From assembly GCA_034440455.1 (NCBI GenBank), contig JAWXCB010000062.1, positions 3,624-67,623 of the forward strand: 64,000 nucleotides of DNA, read 5' to 3'. Of this stretch, positions 10,227 through 21,058 are shown piece after piece (position 1 is the first letter of the stretch; every line of letters starts with the position of its first letter). The DNA comes from Chitinophagales bacterium (GTDB lineage Bacteria > Bacteroidota > Bacteroidia > Chitinophagales > CAIOSU01). Position numbers and translations under genes: made by a program. Below the pieces are notes generated by a model that worked only from the letters and a program-made list of their open reading frames with translations, was not told the DNA's origin and made no database searches.

Positions 10227-10622
10227 GTGACTGTCGTTTTAGACACCAATTACTTCATCAGTTGCATCGGGAAGAAATCGCCTTACAGAAATGTATTTGA
10301 TGCCTTCCTTGAACAGCAATACACATTATGTGTTTCATCCGAAATGCTTTTAGAGTATGAAGAAAAGTTTTCAGAATTCTGGGGCACGGAAGTAACGCAC
10401 AACCTGCTTGGAGTTCTGCTGACAGCAGAAAACACTTCATTCTATGCGATTTACTATAACTTCCATCTTGTAGAAGGCGACACTGACGACAACAAGTTTT
10501 CCGACACCTACCTTTCGGCAGCAGCAGACCTCCTCGTAACTAACGACCGGCAACTTTTAGCATTGCGTAACAATGATTTCCCACCCATCAGCGCTATAAC
10601 CTTAGAACAGTTTCTGAACTAA
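10227..10622 (+). CDS. PIN-domain toxin (putative toxin-antitoxin system toxin component)
   Basis: VVLDTNYFIS at the N-terminus, then EMLLEYEE and LVTNDRQL: the acidic residue pattern of PIN nucleases. Non-ATG (GTG) start. Confidence 0.75.
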   Translation: MTVVLDTNYFISCIGKKSPYRNVFDAFLEQQYTLCVSSEMLLEYEEKFSEFWGTEVTHNLLGVLLTAENTSFYAIYYNFHLVEGDTDDNKFSDTYLSAAADLLVTNDRQLLALRNNDFPPISAITLEQFLN

Positions 10623-10690
10623 TCGAAAACGGACAACTATAAACCGTTCCCTACCCTTCACAATTTAAGATACTCTTTATCTTTGCCGCC

Positions 10691-12235
10691 ATGAGCCAAA
10701 CCGCTACACAAGAAGACGTTTTTAAAAGCATCATTTCACACTGCAAGGAGTATGGGTTTATTTTCCCCTCCAGCGAAATCTATGACGGGCTGAGTGCCGT
10801 GTATGATTACGGTCCGTATGGGTATGAGCTGAAAAAGAACATTCAGGAGTTTTGGTGGAAGAGCATGGTGCAACTGCATGAGAATATCGTGGGCATTGAT
10901 GCCGCTATTTTCATGCACCCGAAAACGTGGAAGGCTTCGGGGCACGTGGATGCGTTTAACGACCCGCTGATTGATAACAAAGATTCAAAGAAGCGCTACC
11001 GTGCCGATGTGCTGATTGAAAACGCGATGGATAAGATGCAGGCGAAGATTGACAAGGAAGTGGAGAAGGCGGAGAAGAAATTCGGTGATGCGTTTGATAA
11101 GGAGAAGTTTCTTGAAACGAATCCTAACGTGCTGCGCAACAAGCAGAAGATTGATGAAACGCAGGCGCGTTTTAAAAAGGCATTGGAGGAAAGTGATTTG
11201 GAGGCGCTGAAGCAAATCATTATTGATTTGGAAGTAGCGTGTGAAGTGAGCGGCTCGCGCAACTGGACGGATGTGCGGCAGTTCAATTTGATGTTTGCGA
11301 CAGAAGTTGGCGCTGTTGCGGAAGGCTCTACCACAATTTATCTGCGCCCGGAAACTGCGCAGGGCATCTTTGTGAACTTCCTCAACGTGCTGAATACTTC
11401 GCGCCAGAGAATTCCCTTTGGGATTGCGCAAGTAGGAAAAGCATTCAGAAATGAAATTGTGGCGCGTCAGTTTATTTTCCGCACACGCGAGTTTGAGCAG
11501 ATGGAGATGCAATATTTTGTAAAACCGGGCGAGGAAATGCAGTGGTATAACCACTGGAAACAAATGCGCATGAAGTGGCATCGCTCTCTTGGTTTTCCGG
11601 AAGAGAAGTTGCGCTTCCTTGACCATTTGAAAACTGCGCACTACGCAAACGCGGCAGTGGATATTCAATTTGAATTTCCATTTGGGTTTAAAGAATTGGA
11701 AGGTATTCACTCACGCACTGATTTCGATTTAAAGAATCATCAAGAGTTGTCGGGCAAGAAGTTGCAATACTTTGATGCGGAAGAAAACAAAAGCTACATC
11801 CCTTATGTGGTGGAAACATCAGTCGGATTGAACCGCACGCTGCTTGCTGTGATTTCAAACGGTTACAAGGAAGAAACTTTAGAAGACGGCTCAACGCGCG
11901 TGGTGATGAAAATTGTTCCGTTCCTTGCGCCAATTAAAGTGGCAGTGTTTCCGCTGATTAAAAAAGACGGCTTGCCGGAGAAAGCGCGCGAAATCATGGA
12001 CAAGCTGAAGTTTGATTTCCAGTGTTTTTACGAAGAGAAAGACACGATTGGAAAACGCTACCGCAGACAAGATGCTATCGGCACTCCTTATTGCATCACG
12101 ATTGACCACCAGACATTAGAAGATAACCAAGTGACCATCCGCGAGCGCGACACGATGAAGCAAGAGCGGGTTGATATTTCACGCGTGAATGAAATAGTAG
12201 CGCAGAAAGTGGATTGGAAGAAGGCAATCCTTTAA
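10691..12235 (+). CDS. glyQS: Glycine--tRNA ligase (homodimeric class II)
   Basis: 514 aa. YGFIFPSSEIYDGLSAVYDYGPYGYELKKNI and the rest are typical of GlyQS. Confidence 0.9.
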   Translation: MSQTATQEDVFKSIISHCKEYGFIFPSSEIYDGLSAVYDYGPYGYELKKNIQEFWWKSMVQLHENIVGIDAAIFMHPKTWKASGHVDAFNDPLIDNKDSKKRYRADVLIENAMDKMQAKIDKEVEKAEKKFGDAFDKEKFLETNPNVLRNKQKIDETQARFKKALEESDLEALKQIIIDLEVACEVSGSRNWTDVRQFNLMFATEVGAVAEGSTTIYLRPETAQGIFVNFLNVLNTSRQRIPFGIAQVGKAFRNEIVARQFIFRTREFEQMEMQYFVKPGEEMQWYNHWKQMRMKWHRSLGFPEEKLRFLDHLKTAHYANAAVDIQFEFPFGFKELEGIHSRTDFDLKNHQELSGKKLQYFDAEENKSYIPYVVETSVGLNRTLLAVISNGYKEETLEDGSTRVVMKIVPFLAPIKVAVFPLIKKDGLPEKAREIMDKLKFDFQCFYEEKDTIGKRYRRQDAIGTPYCITIDHQTLEDNQVTIRERDTMKQERVDISRVNEIVAQKVDWKKAIL

Positions 12236-12296
12236 AACTTCATAAGTGGGACTTGCGCCAAGAAATTTATTCTCTTGAAGAAAGGGCAAAAAAGCA

Positions 12297-13301
12297 ATGA
12301 ATTATATGCTTAACTCCGGAAGCGAGCAGCCCTTTAGCATGATGCCGGTAATTTCCATTGTAATGCCTGCTTACAACGCAGAAAAATTCATAGTTCAGGC
12401 TATTGAATCTATTCTGCGTCAAACATATTCCAATCTTGAATTGCTAATTGCAGATGATGGCTCTAAAGATGGCACACGAAAGATTATAGATGCTATCAAT
12501 GACCCGAGAGTGAAGCGTTTTCATAACGCCCAAAATATGGGTTATCTGAAAACCTGCAACAAGCTGCTTGATTTATGTACAGGAAGTTTCATTGCTTTTC
12601 AGGATGCGGATGATTACTCTGATTTGACCCGTTTGGAAATGCAGATGAACGAGTTTATAAAGGATGCTGATTTAGCAGTTTGCGGAACAAATCTCACCGC
12701 AGTGCGCGAGAATGGCGAACCCATGTTTTGCTCAAACCATTTTTGCGACCATGCCACGATAAGAGATGAAATGCTGAACGGAGTTTATTCCATGATTCCC
12801 AATTCGTTTCTTTTTAAAAGAGAAATCCTTGACACGGTTGGAAAGTATCATGAATACTGGGACAGGATAGGCGCGGAGGATTTCTATTGGACATGGCTCA
12901 TCATGGAAAAGCATAAGCTGATGAATATTCCCCAGCCTCTTTATTACTATCGTTTTAATCCGAACAGCATCTGCGCGGATTGGAGCGACAACCGGAGAAA
13001 AAAACATAACGCTAACCTCCTACACTATCTTTTCAAAACAAGGCTTGAGACAGGCTCTGACCCGATTGAAAAGAAAGACTGGGCGACATTGGATAAATTC
13101 ATCGCGAAACTTGATGAGCCTTATACCAAAGAGCCTTCTTTATATTTTAATGAAATGGCAAAAAGGGATTTCTATTCCGGAAACAAAAAAAGAGCGCTGA
13201 AACTCATTTGGAGAGCAGTGAAAAGCGAGCCGCTCAAATCCGGAAATTACCGCGACTTATTTTACTACTTCAGGAATGTTCCTCCTGAATCCACCTACTG
13301 A
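12297..13301 (+). CDS. Glycosyltransferase family 2
   Basis: ISIVMPAYNAEKFI ... DDGSKDGT ... FQDADD motifs. Confidence 0.85.
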   Translation: MNYMLNSGSEQPFSMMPVISIVMPAYNAEKFIVQAIESILRQTYSNLELLIADDGSKDGTRKIIDAINDPRVKRFHNAQNMGYLKTCNKLLDLCTGSFIAFQDADDYSDLTRLEMQMNEFIKDADLAVCGTNLTAVRENGEPMFCSNHFCDHATIRDEMLNGVYSMIPNSFLFKREILDTVGKYHEYWDRIGAEDFYWTWLIMEKHKLMNIPQPLYYYRFNPNSICADWSDNRRKKHNANLLHYLFKTRLETGSDPIEKKDWATLDKFIAKLDEPYTKEPSLYFNEMAKRDFYSGNKKRALKLIWRAVKSEPLKSGNYRDLFYYFRNVPPESTY

Positions 13302-13340
13302 CATAAACCCTAATTTCGTTGAAATACACGCAGATGTATT

Positions 13341-14270
13341 TTGCATGTGAATTTTCAGAATGACAAAGTCGCTGAACGGATGATTATCTCTTTTATTAAT
13401 GGCGGATTAGGAAACCAGATGTTTCAATACGCATTCGGCAGGAAGTTGTCGTTGAAGCGCCAAACGGTTTTTAAGTTGGACATTTTGTGGTTTCACCCCG
13501 ATTTAGATGGCACCGCTTTTCGAAACTATGAGTTGCGACATTTTACAATACCCATTGCCTCTGCAACTGCATTGGAAATAGAAAAAGTAAAAGAGCCTTT
13601 TTCAAATTTTGCGTTCAAGCATATTTTCAGCCGCTTTAACGCAAGGCTGCCTTATTATAAACGCAGGTTAGTTGAGGAAAAACATTTTCATTTTGACCCG
13701 AATATGCTTAACGCTTCCGGCAACGCTTATCTCAGGGGCTATTGGCAAAGTGAAAAATATTTTGCAGACATTCGGGAAACGCTTTTGAAAGATTTTACTT
13801 TCAAGAATGGGTTGAAGGAAAAAAATCTGGAGATGTCCCAATTAATTAATCAGTCAGAATCCGTTTCGCTGCACATTCGCAGGGCGGATTATGTGCGGGA
13901 CAAAGAAGTGAATCGCATCCTCGGGATTTGCCCGCCTGAATATTATGAGCGCGCAATTCAGCACATAGCAGGAAACACTAAGAATCCGGTGTTTTTTGTT
14001 TTTTCAGATGATATTGAATGGTGCAGAAAAAATTTAAAGCTGCAACAGGAAACGCACTTCGTTGACTATAACACAGGCGATGCAAGCTATCGTGATATGC
14101 AATTAATGAGTTTATGCAGGCATAATATCATTGCAAACAGCAGCTTTAGCTGGTGGGGTGCGTGGTTAAATAATAACCCTGAAAAAATTGTTATTGCTCC
14201 AGCGCGATGGTTTAATGATTCCACAAAAAACGATACAGACCTCAGTCCCGAAAAATGGCTGAGAATGTAA
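13341..14270 (+). CDS. Alpha-1,2-fucosyltransferase (GT11)
   Basis: GGLGNQMFQYAFG, HIRRADY and SSFSWWGAWL motifs are characteristic of GT11. The start may be the internal M near 13381. Confidence 0.8.
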   Translation: MHVNFQNDKVAERMIISFINGGLGNQMFQYAFGRKLSLKRQTVFKLDILWFHPDLDGTAFRNYELRHFTIPIASATALEIEKVKEPFSNFAFKHIFSRFNARLPYYKRRLVEEKHFHFDPNMLNASGNAYLRGYWQSEKYFADIRETLLKDFTFKNGLKEKNLEMSQLINQSESVSLHIRRADYVRDKEVNRILGICPPEYYERAIQHIAGNTKNPVFFVFSDDIEWCRKNLKLQQETHFVDYNTGDASYRDMQLMSLCRHNIIANSSFSWWGAWLNNNPEKIVIAPARWFNDSTKNDTDLSPEKWLRM

Positions 14271-14283
14271 GACGTTAGTCCCG

Positions 14284-15294
14284 ATGAACAACCCAATCGT
14301 TACCGTTTTATTACCCGTTTATAATGCAGAGCGTTATATCGCTCTTGCCGTTGAGAGTATTCTCAAACAAAGTTTTCGTGATTTCGAGCTGCTGATTATC
14401 AATGATGGCTCAACGGATAATTCACTTGAAATTATCCGTTCATTTAAGGACGAACGCATTAGGCTTGTGACAAATGAAAGCAATCAGAAACTCATCGCCA
14501 CGCTCAACAAGGGGATTCAACTTGCAAGAGGCAAGTATATTGCGCGCATGGATGCGGATGACATTAGTTTGCCTGAAAGGCTGCAAAAGCAAGTGGACTT
14601 CATGGAATCGCATCCTGAAGTTGGCGTGTGTGGCGCATGGTTTGAACCTTTGGAACTGCCGGGAAAAGCTGTGAAATATCCTGAAAGGGATGAGAACATC
14701 CGAATTATGATGCTCTATCAAACTCCTTTCTGTCATCCCGTGGTGATGCTGCGCAAAGAAGTTTTGGCGCAACAGAATATTTTCTTTTCCCCCGATTTCA
14801 TTCATGGTGAAGATTATGAAATGTGGGTGCGCTTATCTTCAGTAACGCAGTTTGCAAACATTCCCGAAGTGTTGCTTCGTTACAGGTCGCATGAAAGCAG
14901 CGTGTCCGCGTCTTATCCCTCCATTCAAAAAACGAAAACTTATGCTGTCGTTCGGATGGTATTTGAGAAAACCGGCTTGAATGTCAGTGATAGCGAGATT
15001 GAGCTTTTCAGGGATATTGTTCACGCTAAGTTTAAAGTGGATAAAGATTTTATTCAGCAGGGGGAAACTCTTTTGTTAAAGTTGCTTGAAGCAAATAAAC
15101 GCACCCACTATCAGCCGGTTGCCGAGTTGCAACAATTTGTGTCTGAAAAATGGTTTCACTTATGTTACAACACGACTTCCTTAGGCGCATGGATGTACGC
15201 GCTATATTTCAACTCAGCGTTATCGAAGTATCAAAAAATGAATTTGGGCATTCGTCTTAAATTCATCATAAAGACAATGCTGCGAATAAAATGA
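14284..15294 (+). CDS. Glycosyltransferase family 2
   Basis: VTVLLPVYNAERYI, INDGSTDNS, ARMDADD motifs. Confidence 0.85.
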   Translation: MNNPIVTVLLPVYNAERYIALAVESILKQSFRDFELLIINDGSTDNSLEIIRSFKDERIRLVTNESNQKLIATLNKGIQLARGKYIARMDADDISLPERLQKQVDFMESHPEVGVCGAWFEPLELPGKAVKYPERDENIRIMMLYQTPFCHPVVMLRKEVLAQQNIFFSPDFIHGEDYEMWVRLSSVTQFANIPEVLLRYRSHESSVSASYPSIQKTKTYAVVRMVFEKTGLNVSDSEIELFRDIVHAKFKVDKDFIQQGETLLLKLLEANKRTHYQPVAELQQFVSEKWFHLCYNTTSLGAWMYALYFNSALSKYQKMNLGIRLKFIIKTMLRIK

Positions 15295-15312
15295 ATTTGA
15301 AATCGGGAGCAG

Positions 15313-16044
15313 TTATCTTTTTTCGCAAATCAGAAATATTTCATCCCCGCGAAGAAACTGGCGTGAACTGCTAAATCCCATTCTTTTTTTCAGAGAATCA
15401 AGTAGTTTAATAATTTGGGTGTAGCGGTGGTCGTTTCGCTGAGGCCAAACGCAAAGCGTGGATAGCTGAGTGATTGTAAAACCTCCTTCAGCCAAAAAGT
15501 TTGACAGCTCTTTCGGCTGAAATTCTCTGAAATGATTCCTCCACATCCACCCGGGTTCGTGATTGAATAAAAGATTCAGGTTGTTATAGCTGCCCGCATT
15601 TGGCGTGGTGACAAACATTTTTCCTCCCGGCTTCAACACGCGATGACACTCCCGTATAAATTGCTTCAATCCCGAAAAATCAACTTCGGTGAGAATAGAT
15701 TCTTTTTGGTCTTTGATGTGTTCAATCACTTCCATGTTTAAAATCAGGTCGTATTGATTCGAGTCTTTGCTGATGAAATATCTTAAATCTTCATTTACAT
15801 AATCAATTGAAATGCCCGAAAAGAAGTGTTCAACTAAATAGGTGAAAGGTCCCGGTTCTCCCAATTCGAGCGCTTTTGTAACCCAAGGAAGCAGCGGCTC
15901 AATATACTTCAGGCTTTCAGCATAGCGCTTTGCATGAAACTGAATGTAGTATTCCTGATCATAAGACGCGTTGTGTTCGCCCGCTTTTTTCTCTCTGCGA
16001 TTATATTCTGCTAAGATTTCTGAAACTCTTTTTTCTGTAATCAT
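15313..16044 (-). CDS. Class I SAM-dependent methyltransferase
   Basis: LELGEPGP, EVIEHIKD and LKPGGKMFVTTPN motifs. Confidence 0.75.
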   Translation of the reverse strand: MITEKRVSEILAEYNRREKKAGEHNASYDQEYYIQFHAKRYAESLKYIEPLLPWVTKALELGEPGPFTYLVEHFFSGISIDYVNEDLRYFISKDSNQYDLILNMEVIEHIKDQKESILTEVDFSGLKQFIRECHRVLKPGGKMFVTTPNAGSYNNLNLLFNHEPGWMWRNHFREFQPKELSNFLAEGGFTITQLSTLCVWPQRNDHRYTQIIKLLDSLKKRMGFSSSRQFLRGDEIFLICEKR

Positions 16045-16220
16045 TCCGACTTTATTAATACGGGAGGAGAGTAAAAATACTGTAATCCTGTTATTCGGGG
16101 TTCAGGCATATTCATGCGCTCTTCGCAGCGCTTAGGATGGCGGAATAACATATTATACAAGCAGTTATTCATTAGAGAACTACCAAGGTTTTAATTAAAT
16201 TCACGCCCCAATATTATTCT

Positions 16221-17282
16221 ATGAAGCTATTGATTACGGGAGGATGCGGTTTTGTCGGTTCCAGTTTAGCTCTTCAGTTCAAAGCAAATTATCCTGCCGC
16301 TGAAGTTATTGCGTTTGACAACTTGAAGCGCAGAGGGAGTGAATTGAATGTAAACAGATTAAAACTGAACGGAATAAAGTTCATCCACGGTGATATCAGG
16401 AACAAAGAAGATTTTGATGCGATAGGGGAAATTACTTGCCTGATTGAGGCTTCCGCTGAACCATCGGTTTTAGCGGGCGTCAATTCTTCTCCGGATTATC
16501 TGATTAACACAAACTTAGCGGGAACAATAAACTGTCTGAATTATGCCCGGAAGTTTAACGCCACTTTTGTTTTTCTTTCTACAAGCAGGGTATATCCGAT
16601 TAAAACAATTGAACGGCTGAATTATGCTGAAACAGCAACCCGATTTATTTTAGAAAGTAAACAAACTGTTCCCGGAACTTCAGAACGCGGATTTTCAGAA
16701 GATTTTCCTTTAGCAGGCACAAGGTCGCTGTATGGCGCAACAAAATTGGCTTCGGAGCTTATCATTCAGGAATACAACGAACTCTACAACATTAAAGCAG
16801 TCATTATCAGATGTGGAGTAATTTCAGGACCGTGGCAGATGGGCAAAGTTGACCAGGGGGTTGTTGTATTGTGGGCGGCAAATCATTATTGGAAGGGCAA
16901 GTTGAGCTACATCGGCTATGGTGGGGAAGGAAAGCAGGTGCGTGATGTGTTGCATGTTGCAGATTTGTATGATTTGGTTGATTTGCAATTGAAAGACATA
17001 GACAAAGTGAATGGCGAAATTTTTAATGTCGGAGGAGGAATGGATTGCAGCGCCTCTTTAATGGAGTTGACTGCGCTATGTGAAGAGCGTAGCGGAAACA
17101 AGCTGAATATTGAAAAAATTTCTCAGAATCGTCCTTATGATCTAAGGCTGTATTTGACAGACAACTCAAAAGTTGAACGCATTACAGGTTGGAAACCAAA
17201 ACGAAACCTCAAAACAATTGTTCAGGAAATTTTTGATTGGATTGAGCAGAATAATAAAGAACTAATACACATACTTCAATGA
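16221..17282 (+). CDS. NAD-dependent epimerase/dehydratase (SDR, CDP-paratose 2-epimerase-like)
   Basis: N-terminal [12 protein letters not shown] Rossmann motif and a YGATK catalytic motif. Confidence 0.8.
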   Translation: MKLLITGGCGFVGSSLALQFKANYPAAEVIAFDNLKRRGSELNVNRLKLNGIKFIHGDIRNKEDFDAIGEITCLIEASAEPSVLAGVNSSPDYLINTNLAGTINCLNYARKFNATFVFLSTSRVYPIKTIERLNYAETATRFILESKQTVPGTSERGFSEDFPLAGTRSLYGATKLASELIIQEYNELYNIKAVIIRCGVISGPWQMGKVDQGVVVLWAANHYWKGKLSYIGYGGEGKQVRDVLHVADLYDLVDLQLKDIDKVNGEIFNVGGGMDCSASLMELTALCEERSGNKLNIEKISQNRPYDLRLYLTDNSKVERITGWKPKRNLKTIVQEIFDWIEQNNKELIHILQ

Positions 17283-18340
17283 ATGTAGCATTAATTACTG
17301 GCTCCAGCGGATTAATCGGAGGGGAAGCAGTTGAGTTTTTTTCGTCAAAATTTGACACTGTCATTGGCATTGACAATGACATGCGCGCTTACTTTTTTGG
17401 CGCGGAAGCTTCCACGCAATGGAACCTGAAACGTATCGAGGAAAAGATTTCTAACCTGAAGAATTACGCGGTGGATATTCGTGAGTACGCTCAATTAGAA
17501 AAAATTTTTCACGAATACGGAAGTGATATTAAGTTGATCGTTCACACTGCCGCGCAGCCGAGTCACGATTGGGCGGCTAAAGAGCCGCTCACCGATTTTG
17601 GCGTGAATGCAACAGGAACATTAAATCTCCTCGAATTAACCCGCCTTCATTGTGCTGATGCCGTTTTTATATTCACGTCAACAAATAAAGTATATGGAGA
17701 TAACCCCAATTTTCTTCCACTTGTCGAAATGGAAAAACGTTGGGAAATAGATACGACTCATCCCTACTATAAAAATGGAATTGATGAACAGATGAGCATT
17801 GACCAGACGAAGCACTCCGTATTTGGCGCATCAAAAGCTGCCGCAGATATTATGACGCAGGAATACGGAAGATATTTCGGAATGAAAACCGGGACTTTCC
17901 GCGGAGGATGCCTTACTGGTCCGAATCATTCAGGTGCGCAGTTGCATGGGTTTCTTGCTTATCTCATGAAGTGTACTATTACAAAGACGCCTTACACGAT
18001 TTTTGGCTATCAGGGAAAGCAAGTGCGGGATAATATCCATAGCCATGATTTAGTAAATATGTTTTGGCATTATTACCAAAATCCGCGACCGGGTGAAGTC
18101 TATAACGCGGGAGGAGGAAGATTTGCAAATTGCTCTATGCTCGAGGCGATAGAACTTTGTGAAAAAATAACAGGAAACAAGTTAAAGTACAGCTATAACG
18201 AAACCAATAGGATTGGCGACCATATCTGGTATGTAAGCGATTTAAGCAAATTTAAAGAGCACTATCCTGATTGGAAGTTAGAGTATGGATTAGAGGCTAC
18301 CTTAACTCAAATGTATCGGAGTATGCATCAACGGTTATAA
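17279..18340 (+). CDS. NAD-dependent epimerase/dehydratase (SDR)
   Basis: [11 protein letters not shown] Rossmann motif and FGASKAA catalytic region. The start overlaps the previous stop by 4 nt. Confidence 0.8.
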   Translation: MNVALITGSSGLIGGEAVEFFSSKFDTVIGIDNDMRAYFFGAEASTQWNLKRIEEKISNLKNYAVDIREYAQLEKIFHEYGSDIKLIVHTAAQPSHDWAAKEPLTDFGVNATGTLNLLELTRLHCADAVFIFTSTNKVYGDNPNFLPLVEMEKRWEIDTTHPYYKNGIDEQMSIDQTKHSVFGASKAAADIMTQEYGRYFGMKTGTFRGGCLTGPNHSGAQLHGFLAYLMKCTITKTPYTIFGYQGKQVRDNIHSHDLVNMFWHYYQNPRPGEVYNAGGGRFANCSMLEAIELCEKITGNKLKYSYNETNRIGDHIWYVSDLSKFKEHYPDWKLEYGLEATLTQMYRSMHQRL

Positions 18341-18355
18341 TCACTTCAGCTATTT

Positions 18356-19006
18356 ATGAATTACCAAAGAATATACGAATACCGTTTTAAGGGGATTGAC
18401 CGGAACAAAAAACTCTCCGCGTGGAAGATTATTGCTGAGTTTATTTATAAAAAGTTAGGAAGCCCGGCAATTATTCTTGACCCGGCAGCAGGCGATTGCG
18501 AGTTTATAAATCTGGTTCCGGGACAAGAAAAGTGGGCGGTTGATTTAAGCGAGAATACGAAGAAGTTGGCGAATGCCGATGTCAAAGTTCTCATTGGCAA
18601 TAATCTTTCTGTAAATCTTCCGCAGGATTATTTCGATGCTGTGTTTATTTCAAATTTTCTTGAACACCTCTACACGCAGGAAGATGTTGCCGCTTTTCTT
18701 CAAAAAATGTTTGGAGCGATAAAAAAAGGAGGGAAGATTTGCGTGATGGGACCCAACTTTAAGTACTGCTATAAAGAGTATTTCGATTTTGCTGACCACA
18801 CTTTAATCTTTTCCGAGCTTTCGATTGCGGAGCATCTGTATGGCGCAGGTTTTAATATTCAAAAGTCGTATCCTAAATTTTTGCCGATTTCTTTTCGCGG
18901 CAAAATCCCCTCTGCTGATTTCCTTGTGAAATTATATCTCAGCATTCCGTTTGCATGGAATTTTATGGGTAAGCAATTTTTAGTAATTGCAGAAAAACCA
19001 AAATGA
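18356..19006 (+). CDS. Class I SAM-dependent methyltransferase
   Basis: ILDPAAGDCEF and FLEHL ... KKGGKICVMGPN motifs. Confidence 0.7.
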   Translation: MNYQRIYEYRFKGIDRNKKLSAWKIIAEFIYKKLGSPAIILDPAAGDCEFINLVPGQEKWAVDLSENTKKLANADVKVLIGNNLSVNLPQDYFDAVFISNFLEHLYTQEDVAAFLQKMFGAIKKGGKICVMGPNFKYCYKEYFDFADHTLIFSELSIAEHLYGAGFNIQKSYPKFLPISFRGKIPSADFLVKLYLSIPFAWNFMGKQFLVIAEKPK

Positions 19007-19751
19007 CATCTCAGTGAAACTTAGCGTAGTAATTCCTGCATATAACGAAGCTGAATCAATCACTGAAACAGTAACAGGCATTCGTGATAAGTTAAATCAG
19101 GACGGAATCAGCCATGAGATTATCGTAATCAACGACAATTCAAAGGATAATACGCTTGAAGTTTTAGAGCATCTTCAAAAGCAAATAAAAAGTCTTATTG
19201 TTTACACAAATGAAGGACCAAACGGCTATGGCTATGCAGTGCGATACGGACTTGAGAGATTCACAGGCGATTGCGTTGCGATTATGATGGCAGATGCCTC
19301 AGAAATACCCGAGGACCTTGTTAACTTCTACAAGGTGATGTTAAAGAAAAATTGTGATTGTGTTTTTGGTCACCGGTTTATTAAAGGAGGCAGCGTTTAT
19401 GACTATCCTTACATGAAGCTATTTATGAATAGGATTTTTAATCATTTGGTTAGTATTTCCTTCAGAATCCGATATACTGATTTGACGAACGCATTCAAAC
19501 TCTATAAGCGGGAAACGATTGAAGGCGTGAAGCCTTTTTTATCGCCACAGTTCAATTTAACATTAGAGTTGCCTTTAAAAGCTATTGTTAGGGGATATAG
19601 CTATTCCATCGTTCCAAACTCGTGGCGAAACAGAAAATTCGGAGTCGCTAAGTTGAAAATCAGAGAGATGGGAAGCAGGTATTTTTTTATTTACCTCTAC
19701 TGTTTAATTGAAAAGCATTTCTCTAAAGGAGATTATAGAAAAGATATCTAA
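18987..19751 (+). CDS. GT2 polyprenol-phosphate glycosyltransferase (DPM1/ArnC/GtrB-like)
   Basis: LSVVIPAYNEAESI, INDNSKDNT, MMADASE motifs. The start is TTG at 18987 or GTG at 19014. Confidence 0.75.
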   Translation: MQKNQNDISVKLSVVIPAYNEAESITETVTGIRDKLNQDGISHEIIVINDNSKDNTLEVLEHLQKQIKSLIVYTNEGPNGYGYAVRYGLERFTGDCVAIMMADASEIPEDLVNFYKVMLKKNCDCVFGHRFIKGGSVYDYPYMKLFMNRIFNHLVSISFRIRYTDLTNAFKLYKRETIEGVKPFLSPQFNLTLELPLKAIVRGYSYSIVPNSWRNRKFGVAKLKIREMGSRYFFIYLYCLIEKHFSKGDYRKDI

Positions 19752-19763
19752 ATAGCTCTATCC

Positions 19764-20933
19764 ATGATACTCTACTATAACTACTTTATTAATTATCTCG
19801 ATTCCTTTACGTCAAAAAAATTCTGGAAGTGGAAACTCATTCTTATTTTGGTATTGTGCATCCACCTATTCAGTATTCCGGGATACAGGTATTTAGATGT
19901 GAATGTAAGAGGGTGGGTAGAAGTAAATAAGAAAATTGAAAATTTATTTGCGCAAACAGCTTCCGACAGCCCAACTAGCGGGCACGCTGCTAATATGGTA
20001 TTCAGGCTGACAGTTCCGGCTATCGCTAAAGTTTTTCATTTGTCGTCCACAGGCATTCTGGTTGTCAATGTTTTTATTGGAATTGCGATTCTTTATCTTG
20101 TTATTTCTTTAACCATAAAAATAACGGGCGACCAGGTGGTTGCTTTTCTGATGGCTATTGCCGTAGCGGCAACTTATATTGGAAAATGCGCTTTTGGTGA
20201 CTTCTATCCGTTGTTTGACCAATGGGCTTATTTTTTCTTACTGTTATCCATGTGCTTTAGCTCTCCAGTTCTGGTTTTCTTCTCCGCATTCTTAGCTTCA
20301 TGGACTGACGAACGGGGGCTGCTTGCATTGTTTTTTGTTTATTTCTTTTGGAAGTATTTTACTTCTCCGATTCAGTCCCTGAAATTTTCTTCTTTCTTCA
20401 AGTTTGATAAATATTCGGTTGCAATAATTGCCAGCGTAGTATCATACACGATTTTGAGACTTTTTCTCAAGTATTACTACTCATTAAATCACCATGTTTT
20501 TGATATTCCCCAGCAAACCATGTTTAACATTCCTTGTCAAAGGTTAGCAACGTGGAGTTATTTTGAAGGACTATGGATTTTGATAGTATGTGCAATGTTT
20601 GTTTGCTTAAAAAAATATTCATGGAACCCTTTTTCAATTGTGCTTATTCTAGGAGCATTCGGCTACTTGGGTTTTTCTTTTACAATTGGAGATTTGACAA
20701 GAACCGGAGCGTATATGTTCCCATTGATTTTCATTGCCATGCAAATGTTGATGTCCGTAGGCGATGCATCAGAAATGAGGGTGTTAATGTTGTTTTCAGC
20801 TTTAATTTGTGTGCTATTTCCTCCCCTTGCCGTATCATGTGATGCAATTGCAAGTTGGACTCTTGGAGAATGGGTAGTCGGTGATTTTTTAAAGGCGTTC
20901 TATTATGATTTTTGGCTTGAGTATATCAGATGA
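19764..20933 (+). CDS. Polytopic membrane protein, possible GT-C-type glycosyltransferase or polymerase
   Basis: 389 aa with about 10 hydrophobic segments, immediately after the polyprenol-P GT2. Confidence 0.5.
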   Translation: MILYYNYFINYLDSFTSKKFWKWKLILILVLCIHLFSIPGYRYLDVNVRGWVEVNKKIENLFAQTASDSPTSGHAANMVFRLTVPAIAKVFHLSSTGILVVNVFIGIAILYLVISLTIKITGDQVVAFLMAIAVAATYIGKCAFGDFYPLFDQWAYFFLLLSMCFSSPVLVFFSAFLASWTDERGLLALFFVYFFWKYFTSPIQSLKFSSFFKFDKYSVAIIASVVSYTILRLFLKYYYSLNHHVFDIPQQTMFNIPCQRLATWSYFEGLWILIVCAMFVCLKKYSWNPFSIVLILGAFGYLGFSFTIGDLTRTGAYMFPLIFIAMQMLMSVGDASEMRVLMLFSALICVLFPPLAVSCDAIASWTLGEWVVGDFLKAFYYDFWLEYIR

Positions 20934-21058
20934 GCAATACGATTTTCTCAGAGGTTTCAAGATGATTTTGTAAGGAATAACAGGGTATGAAGCTTGATAG
21001 ATAGAAAATCTCCAATCCGATTTTGAGTTCAGCGTATCTTTAATCATGTATTACACAA

